This document shows, piece by piece, positions 26,368 to 31,804 of a stretch of DNA of 31,804 nt. Within the stretch, counting starts at the first letter, position 1. Each line of letters begins with the position of its first letter. The notes beneath the pieces were generated by a model. It was not told the origin of the DNA. It made no database searches and saw only the letters and a program-made list of their open reading frames with translations. Source of the DNA: a virus. Taxonomy: Duplodnaviria; Caudoviricetes. The stretch covers positions 1-31,804 of the IMG/VR virus record IMGVR_UViG_3300020305_000063; one strand, 5' to 3'. The position numbers and the translations under genes were made by a program.

Positions 26368-26934
26368 CTAGAAGTCAACCTCGTCTTCATCAGGACTGAC
26401 CGTGACGTTAGGTTCATTGGCTTTGAACCCTTGCGTATTACCAAAGAGAGCAGCTACGTCATCAGTGCTCATGTCTCCTGTGTCAACTCCTGCTTCAAAG
26501 TTGAGAGAGACAATCTGCACACCAACGCATTTAAGCGAAGTACCATAAGTAACACCATCCTTAAGAATGTATGGCTTCTGATAGAACGCGACCTTGACCC
26601 TTGATCCAGAATATAGAGGTGTTGATTCGTCTGTAATTGGAGTTCCTTCAGTGTCAACCACAGGTGGCTTGTTGTCTTCATTCCATGAGAACTTGACCTT
26701 ATATGCTCCATCAGCTACCTCCTCCCATGGTTCAGGCTTCAGCACAGAACGCTTGGGATTTTTAAGTTTACTCTCGCACCACTTAAGTGTTTCGATGCGG
26801 TCTTCTTCAAGTTGATCGACCATATCCTGATCGACAACAGTTGCAAGTGAATAGCCATACTTGCTTGGCTTCAATACTGCCTGGAATCCTTCAAGGACTA
26901 CAGGCTCTTTGGTGACAATAGTGTTTCGTGCCAT
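26368..26934 (-). CDS. gp2.5: ssDNA-binding protein
   Basis: Synteny after RNAP, LYSGS.VK motif, and an acidic tail ending in Phe (DEDEVDF). Confidence 0.88.
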   Translation of the reverse strand: MARNTIVTKEPVVLEGFQAVLKPSKYGYSLATVVDQDMVDQLEEDRIETLKWCESKLKNPKRSVLKPEPWEEVADGAYKVKFSWNEDNKPPVVDTEGTPITDESTPLYSGSRVKVAFYQKPYILKDGVTYGTSLKCVGVQIVSLNFEAGVDTGDMSTDDVAALFGNTQGFKANEPNVTVSPDEDEVDF

Positions 26935-29273
26935 TAACAGAAAAAATATGTAGATTCAATCACCGACTCTGGTTTCAGATCATCGATAATCGGCGGTTTA
27001 GTTTCAGCACCTATTTGTTCAGCCCACTCTTCCAAGTAGGAACGTTCAGCGAAGAGGTGCATATATACCTCGCGAACGATGGATGATAAAGAAGACATGT
27101 CAGTAGCACGACATAGAACCGAGTCATGTATGAGTGAAATCGGAGCGTCGAAGCGTAGTGCAGATAGGTGAAGTAGAGATGCATCAAGCGAGTGGATTAA
27201 GTTAGGAGCAGTAGCGTTCCTGTGGTGGTTTATATCTACCTTGTCGCTGTCTTTTGTTCCTACACGGATGTTAACCACGCTGCCTAGCAGCTGCAGTTGT
27301 ACACGCTTCCACAATTTCTTGTTTAGTTTCTGAACGACAACAAAGCCTGATGGTGTGACCCACTCAAGCTCTGTCGCTCCTCTCTTGATTGCTTTAGCAA
27401 CCTCACTCTCTATCCATTTCATGGCAGCCATAGGACCTGGGACAACCCTGTCCATGGCGTCTCTGACAGCCTTCACAGTTGCAGTTAAGTCATCCTTATC
27501 AACCTCTACACCTTTCTCCTTTAGTGCATCACGAATGTATCCACGGTTGGAATGGGGTTTAGCGTTATAAGGAACAGTCATTACGACTCGTTTAACTGTT
27601 TTCCTGTCCATGTATGGTTGTACACATTCGGGTACATCGGGACAGGCGGCTTTTGCAACGACGGCATAGGCGTCCTGTGGCCGACTGGACGGCAGGACAT
27701 TGACGAGTCTCGCAGTGCTTGCGTCACGGCAGAGTCCGGCAAGGATTTGTAACCCTGAGCAGGTAGCGTCAACCGCAACTGGCAAGCTAGTAAAAGTTCG
27801 ATCACAAGTAATTACACAGTGGTGGTATTCATCACACGCAGCAAGAAATTGCCACGGTTCTTCTACACCTTCCCAAAGATGTAGGTTTCCAATAGGGTCT
27901 AGTGCGACAGCAGATATCACCTCATCGTTCTCAGCTACCCATTGCATACGTTCATGCATAGGTGCTTTATCTAGACCGTAGCTAGTAGCTACCTGGAAAG
28001 CTAACCACTCTTCAGCTTCAGGTGTCATGTATGACTCCTCACTAAACTTCAGCAATGACTTACCGAAGTCAGTGTCTTGAGGAGTTAAGAAAGCAGGGAT
28101 TGGATAAGCTCTTCCGCGATAGTCAAAAGACCAAGGAATGAAGAACTCTTTCTTATCCTTGAATAACTTAGCTGCTTCCATCGTCATGCGTGTTCGACAT
28201 GACTTCTTGAATGATGCAGCATTGAGGTTCATTACCTCTGCTGCTCTCCTCCTGTAGTCTTTGCGTGATTCTTTGTTGTCCGCAATATCTACAGGCTTAG
28301 GTGGAAGTGGATGTTCCACGATAGGGATGAACTTACCAACCTCATATCCACGTTCAAAGAGTTGCTCAGCAACATTCATGATAAATGGATTGAGTCGATA
28401 ACCTACCTTTTGAATCTTATTTAGAAACTGGTAGGGTACTTCTCCCTGTATACGTACCTGACCACGCCGAATCATGTCGTGGCCTCGCATTACCTCATTC
28501 AAGAGGTAACCACCTTGCCGACCTTCTGACCAATCATTAGGTTCAACCAGCATGGGATAAGCAATAGGACTAAATAGCTCAGCTGTTGCCATCACCTCGT
28601 CCTTGATAGCCATGAACTCAGGTGTAGGTACAACGAAGTTGTCTGTCTTTTTCCCGACTCTAATTGTCTCAATCTCGAACCAGTTACTTGATTCCGTGAT
28701 GCAATCAAGCAGCCAAGCACCGAGCTTCACGCGATTAGGTCTTTGCCATGTTGTCCACTGAGGTATATCATAACGCTGAATAAGCGTGCGAACGATGACA
28801 AACTTCTGGTTTGTGCCAGTGGTGTTGTGCCAATAGTTCTTCTTGATTGTCTCTAGCAAACCAGGACAGACGTTCTCGTAATGCTGCATCTGTGCTTCTT
28901 GCTCGACAGCTGTGCCGATTGCATCGCACACATTAACAAGTTGGTTGGCTTTATCTTTGTAGCTGAACACCTTATCGAAGGTGATCTTCAATGCAATAGC
29001 AGCAGCTGCACCTGGCTCAATGGGATCTAGAAACTGATGGATCTCTTTGAATGATTTACCAATGCATCCTTTTCTGATTCGGAGCTTGGTGTCTTCAATA
29101 TGTTTGGTAACAAGAGGCAGAAGAGTAGAAATACTGCTGCACCCATATACGCTAGCGGATGCATAAGACTTATCTTCGAGATCTTTTGTGTTCTTGCGTA
29201 GACGCTCAAGTCCGAGTCGGATTGCATCTCTTTCAAATTGAACTTGTTCATGTATTTGTGCAGGTGTTGCCAA
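26934..29273 (-). CDS. gp1: Single-subunit DNA-directed RNA polymerase
   Basis: DYRGRAY, DATCSGLQ (motif A), RKTVKRVVMTVPY (motif B) and PNLIHSLDA / IHDS (motif C). TTG start with GAGGA SD. Confidence 0.97.
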   Translation of the reverse strand: MATPAQIHEQVQFERDAIRLGLERLRKNTKDLEDKSYASASVYGCSSISTLLPLVTKHIEDTKLRIRKGCIGKSFKEIHQFLDPIEPGAAAAIALKITFDKVFSYKDKANQLVNVCDAIGTAVEQEAQMQHYENVCPGLLETIKKNYWHNTTGTNQKFVIVRTLIQRYDIPQWTTWQRPNRVKLGAWLLDCITESSNWFEIETIRVGKKTDNFVVPTPEFMAIKDEVMATAELFSPIAYPMLVEPNDWSEGRQGGYLLNEVMRGHDMIRRGQVRIQGEVPYQFLNKIQKVGYRLNPFIMNVAEQLFERGYEVGKFIPIVEHPLPPKPVDIADNKESRKDYRRRAAEVMNLNAASFKKSCRTRMTMEAAKLFKDKKEFFIPWSFDYRGRAYPIPAFLTPQDTDFGKSLLKFSEESYMTPEAEEWLAFQVATSYGLDKAPMHERMQWVAENDEVISAVALDPIGNLHLWEGVEEPWQFLAACDEYHHCVITCDRTFTSLPVAVDATCSGLQILAGLCRDASTARLVNVLPSSRPQDAYAVVAKAACPDVPECVQPYMDRKTVKRVVMTVPYNAKPHSNRGYIRDALKEKGVEVDKDDLTATVKAVRDAMDRVVPGPMAAMKWIESEVAKAIKRGATELEWVTPSGFVVVQKLNKKLWKRVQLQLLGSVVNIRVGTKDSDKVDINHHRNATAPNLIHSLDASLLHLSALRFDAPISLIHDSVLCRATDMSSLSSIVREVYMHLFAERSYLEEWAEQIGAETKPPIIDDLKPESVIESTYFFC

Positions 29274-29278
29274 TAAGA

Positions 29279-29394
29279 ATTCCTCGCTAGAACCGGTTAT
29301 TAGAACTATACGTTAGCGAACAGGTTGGTATGACTGACGCGGAAGGTATTTATCCTCCTGGTATACGTCAGCGTTCAGATTCCTCGCATGAACC
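29279..29394. repeat. Imperfect 16-bp direct repeat, copies 100 bp apart
   Basis: ATTCCTCGCTAGAACC (29279-29294) versus ATTCCTCGCATGAACC (29379-29394), 14/16 identical. Confidence 0.7.
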
Positions 29395-29430
29395 TGAAAC
29401 TAGCGCGTCTACCAATTCCGCCACATCCGC
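29392..29430 (-). other. attP-like core: 5' half of tRNA-Leu(CAG), not a complete tRNA
   Basis: GCGGATGTGGCGGAATTGGTAGACGCGCTAGTTTCAGGT gives the acceptor 5' strand, D arm, anticodon 5' strand and loop. No 3' half. Located 83 bp downstream of the integrase. Confidence 0.85.
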
Positions 29431-29513
29431 GTGTGGATTCCAGCGATGAGACTCGCTTGGAATACGGCTTACTGCCGACAGGAAAAGGTTATCACGCCTA
29501 CCGTTAGTCGCGC

Positions 29514-30377
29514 TCAGATAGCAGCCATCGCGTCCGTGAGTGCTGCATCTGTAGCCTTTGCATATCGTAATGTTGTCTCGATACGCTTGTGTCCGCACAG
29601 AGCCATGATGGATCTGATTGGGACGCCAGCTTCAGCGAGCCATGTCGCGTAACTGTGTCGTAGTGTGTGAAAGACATAAGAATCCTCCTTTGGGATAAGA
29701 CGGTTGACTTTCTTGAATGCACGCAATAATTGATCCTTATCACGCCATTCTTCTCCGAACAAATGTATATCGGAGCGCGATGATTGTGAACAACGAGATG
29801 TAACTATGTCCATGATTTTGTCATGGATAGGTATAGCTCGCCAGTTCTTTGCCTTGGTCAATTGTGTTGGTACACCACCGACATGGATCTTGTTGCTCAC
29901 AAGGTCAATGTCTTTCTTTCTGATCTTTAAGATCTCACCCTGCCTCATGCCTGTGTAGGCACCAAACAGAATGATGTCCCTTAGATCATCACGCATGAAT
30001 ACATCAGTGGACAGAAGACACAATTGGTCTACCTCGTCCTTGGTGTACCACAACACTCGACCTTCAGATTCAGTACGACGCCTGAACTTAGGAGCAGCAT
30101 CAATCAATCCATCGAATGCAAGATGGTTGAGCACTGTGCTGATAGCTGAGACAACTCTGTTGATAGTTGCATCAGACTTTCCTTCATCCTCAAGCTCGAT
30201 ACAAACCCCTGAGACGATAACCTGAGATAGTTTCTTAATTGGAAAGCTTCCGCCTCTAAGTCGAGTGAAATGATTGCAATTGATTCTTGATGTCTCTGCT
30301 CCATTACCATGTCTCCATGAGTGGCGTGTTTTGAATGTGTAATCCACGGCGTGTTGCCATGTTCTGATCTCATCCAT
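29514..30377 (-). CDS. int: Tyrosine recombinase / integrase (track ORF extends to 30413)
   Basis: Catalytic set intact: TGMRQGE (R), TK (K), HTLRH (HxxR), GH and TTLRY (Y). Confidence 0.95.
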   Translation of the reverse strand: MDEIRTWQHAVDYTFKTRHSWRHGNGAETSRINCNHFTRLRGGSFPIKKLSQVIVSGVCIELEDEGKSDATINRVVSAISTVLNHLAFDGLIDAAPKFRRRTESEGRVLWYTKDEVDQLCLLSTDVFMRDDLRDIILFGAYTGMRQGEILKIRKKDIDLVSNKIHVGGVPTQLTKAKNWRAIPIHDKIMDIVTSRCSQSSRSDIHLFGEEWRDKDQLLRAFKKVNRLIPKEDSYVFHTLRHSYATWLAEAGVPIRSIMALCGHKRIETTLRYAKATDAALTDAMAAI

Positions 30378-30732
30378 AGATGGTGGATTTAATGAGGTGG
30401 ACAAGTTGCTCACCTTTAGGTGTCAGCCTGCACATGTGCCTGCGTGCATTGCCTGGATCGGTGTACTTCTCAATAAGACCAAGACCCTGGGTGATAACAC
30501 CTTTACGTCCATAGCCGTCATTAAGTAAGTCAATCATCCGAGAACAACTAGCAGTAGTCAGGTTCTGATCCTCTTCTATCGCTTGTTTATGGCACGGGTT
30601 GTGTGAGGCGACATATAGGAGGACAGTCACTGCCTGTGCAGGTATCTCCCTGTGCATGAGGCGCAGGGTTTCCCAACCAGTGAGCAGGAGGTTAAGCCTG
30701 CTATCTGTCTCCAGTCTTTTGAGCGGATCCAT
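30370..30732 (-). CDS. MarR-like winged-helix regulator
   Basis: HTH (IEEDQNLTTASCSRMIDLL) and wing (GLIEKYTDPGNARR...LTPKGE). GGAGG SD. Overlaps the int start. Confidence 0.8.
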   Translation of the reverse strand: MDPLKRLETDSRLNLLLTGWETLRLMHREIPAQAVTVLLYVASHNPCHKQAIEEDQNLTTASCSRMIDLLNDGYGRKGVITQGLGLIEKYTDPGNARRHMCRLTPKGEQLVHLIKSTIYG

Positions 30733-30756
30733 GAAGTAAGCTTACCTCCACGATTA

Positions 30757-30990
30757 TCATACCGCAGTGGACATGCAAGTTAAAGTAGCACTTCTTACAA
30801 GTTCTTGATATCCAAATGTCAAATCTGGAAACGTCGTTGAATCCAAAGTAGAAATCCATTGCTCCATCAGATCGTCACCAGTCTGTCCAGTCTGATACTG
30901 CACGACAGTATCGGCCGATACAGGATCACCATATGCAAGAAGGTTGCTGTACTCCTCTTGCGTCAACTGTTCAATCATCATCTGTGTCAT
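30757..30990 (-). CDS. Hypothetical protein (77 aa)
   Basis: ORF fills an operon gap. No recognisable motif. Confidence 0.5.
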   Translation of the reverse strand: MTQMMIEQLTQEEYSNLLAYGDPVSADTVVQYQTGQTGDDLMEQWISTLDSTTFPDLTFGYQELVRSATLTCMSTAV

Positions 30991-31285
30991 CTTTAAGTTT
31001 GATAAGGTGTACGGATTCGTGATTCACTACGGTGACTTCATGCTCACCATCGAGCACGTAATTAAGTAGTCGTTTCTGCGCAGCATGAGCACGCTGATAC
31101 ACATGCTCAGTAACTTCTCCTGTGTCCTTGCGTTGCGCTCGGATGATGCACTCAACTGATGCAGGCATCTCCCACTGACACAAGCGCCATGCATAAAACT
31201 CTTCGAAAGTTATTGATTCAAAAGCTTCATCAGGTGCAGCTGCAATAGCATCAAAATTATTTGGGTAATACTTACCACTCATCAC
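30971..31285 (-). CDS. Hypothetical early protein (104 aa)
   Basis: KYYPNN...W...CIIR...G.V.E.VY pattern familiar from cyanopodovirus early ORFs. Overlapping operon structure. Confidence 0.7.
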   Translation of the reverse strand: MMSGKYYPNNFDAIAAAPDEAFESITFEEFYAWRLCQWEMPASVECIIRAQRKDTGEVTEHVYQRAHAAQKRLLNYVLDGEHEVTVVNHESVHLIKLKDDTDDD

Positions 31286-31454
31286 ACATCCTCACATCCG
31301 TTAGTGTACAATTACGTTGGTTGGATAGCTCCATTGCTTGCCATGCGGCACGTTCAACATCAGGAGCTAGAACATACTCAACACGTACATTCCCAACGTC
31401 ATCTTTCATTCTGACTTCATATTCGTCATACCTCTGTTGTCCGAGCAATGCCAT
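31272..31454 (-). CDS. Hypothetical early protein (60 aa)
   Basis: YVLAPD.E.AAW.A.ELS pattern. Overlaps the next ORF. Confidence 0.65.
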   Translation of the reverse strand: MALLGQQRYDEYEVRMKDDVGNVRVEYVLAPDVERAAWQAMELSNQRNCTLTDVRMCDEW

Positions 31455-31509
31455 ACTTTCGCTTGAATAATTGTTGATTCAGGTGTCCCTGTGGTGATGA
31501 TTGTGAACA

Positions 31510-31689
31510 CTAATTGATACGTGTCCACGATTTATCGCTGTTTGCATTATATACATAGCCATCATCATCTACCTTAAAGATACACTCCCACCTACCAATA
31601 GGTAGGCTACATTGTGCACCAAGCAATGATGTATTGTAGACATACAAAATGCGATGGTAACTATCTGCGTCCTTGAAGCAATACTTCAT
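31510..31689 (-). CDS. Hypothetical protein, 59 aa (MKYCFKDADSYHRILY...)
   Basis: Hand-translated. ATGA overlap with the upstream peptide. Confidence 0.55.
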   Translation of the reverse strand: MKYCFKDADSYHRILYVYNTSLLGAQCSLPIGRWECIFKVDDDGYVYNANSDKSWTRIN

Positions 31690-31802
31690 CGTTTGTAGTA
31701 ACGTGAGCTGATACGATTCGCACGCTGATAGATAACAGCCGTGCTAAATAGACCTACCATCCCTACAATTGCAAGGATGATAGTTGATTCATTCCACATC
31801 AT
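31686..31802 (-). CDS. Small single-pass membrane peptide, 38 aa (MMWNESTIILAIVGMVGLFSTAVIYQRANRISSRYYKR)
   Basis: Hand-translated. TGATG at the start, one hydrophobic helix, then a basic tail. Confidence 0.65.
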   Translation of the reverse strand: MMWNESTIILAIVGMVGLFSTAVIYQRANRISSRYYKR

Positions 31803-31804
31803 CA

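Noticed and set aside
29340-29430. Complete tRNA-Leu gene
   Set aside because: The anticodon stem 3' strand (ACTAG), T arm (GTTCRA) and a properly placed acceptor 3' strand are missing. A downstream CTTCCGC pairs 6/7 with the 5' end but does not give a cloverleaf.
29368-29743. Short ORFs overlapping the int 3' end and att site as an excisionase
   Set aside because: No HTH-like features or SD, and they overlap int and the tRNA fragment.
31455-31530. GGACAC-containing motifs as phage RNAP promoters
   Set aside because: Only a 6-bp shared core, and I could not find it repeated upstream of late genes by eye. No promoter consensus can be supported without a motif search.
1-31804. CRISPR array, IS element, intron/intein or diversity-generating retroelement
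   Set aside because: No spaced repeats, transposase, homing endonuclease or reverse transcriptase seen. psbA, RNAP and RNR are uninterrupted.

Overview
About 32 kb of a T7-like marine cyanophage (Autographiviridae-type cyanopodovirus, probably the psbA/hli-carrying clade B, likely infecting Synechococcus). Every credible gene is on the minus strand. Read from high to low coordinates, the window holds: small early ORFs; a MarR-like regulator, a tyrosine integrase and an attP-like 5' half of tRNA-Leu(CAG); single-subunit RNA polymerase, SSB, hli, endonuclease and primase/helicase; a DNA polymerase split into exonuclease and polymerase ORFs in different frames; 5'-3' exonuclease, an overlapping NblA-like ORF, DUF3310, MazG-like and a two-subunit ribonucleotide reductase; portal, scaffold, three tiny Lys/Arg-rich proteins and psbA; a structured leader, major capsid, an in-frame capsid-associated ORF and a terminator; tail tube A/B, internal virion proteins gp13-16 (gp15 with a C-terminal lytic transglycosylase) and a multi-gene tail fibre that runs off the left end. 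All calls come from motif recognition and synteny; no searches were run.
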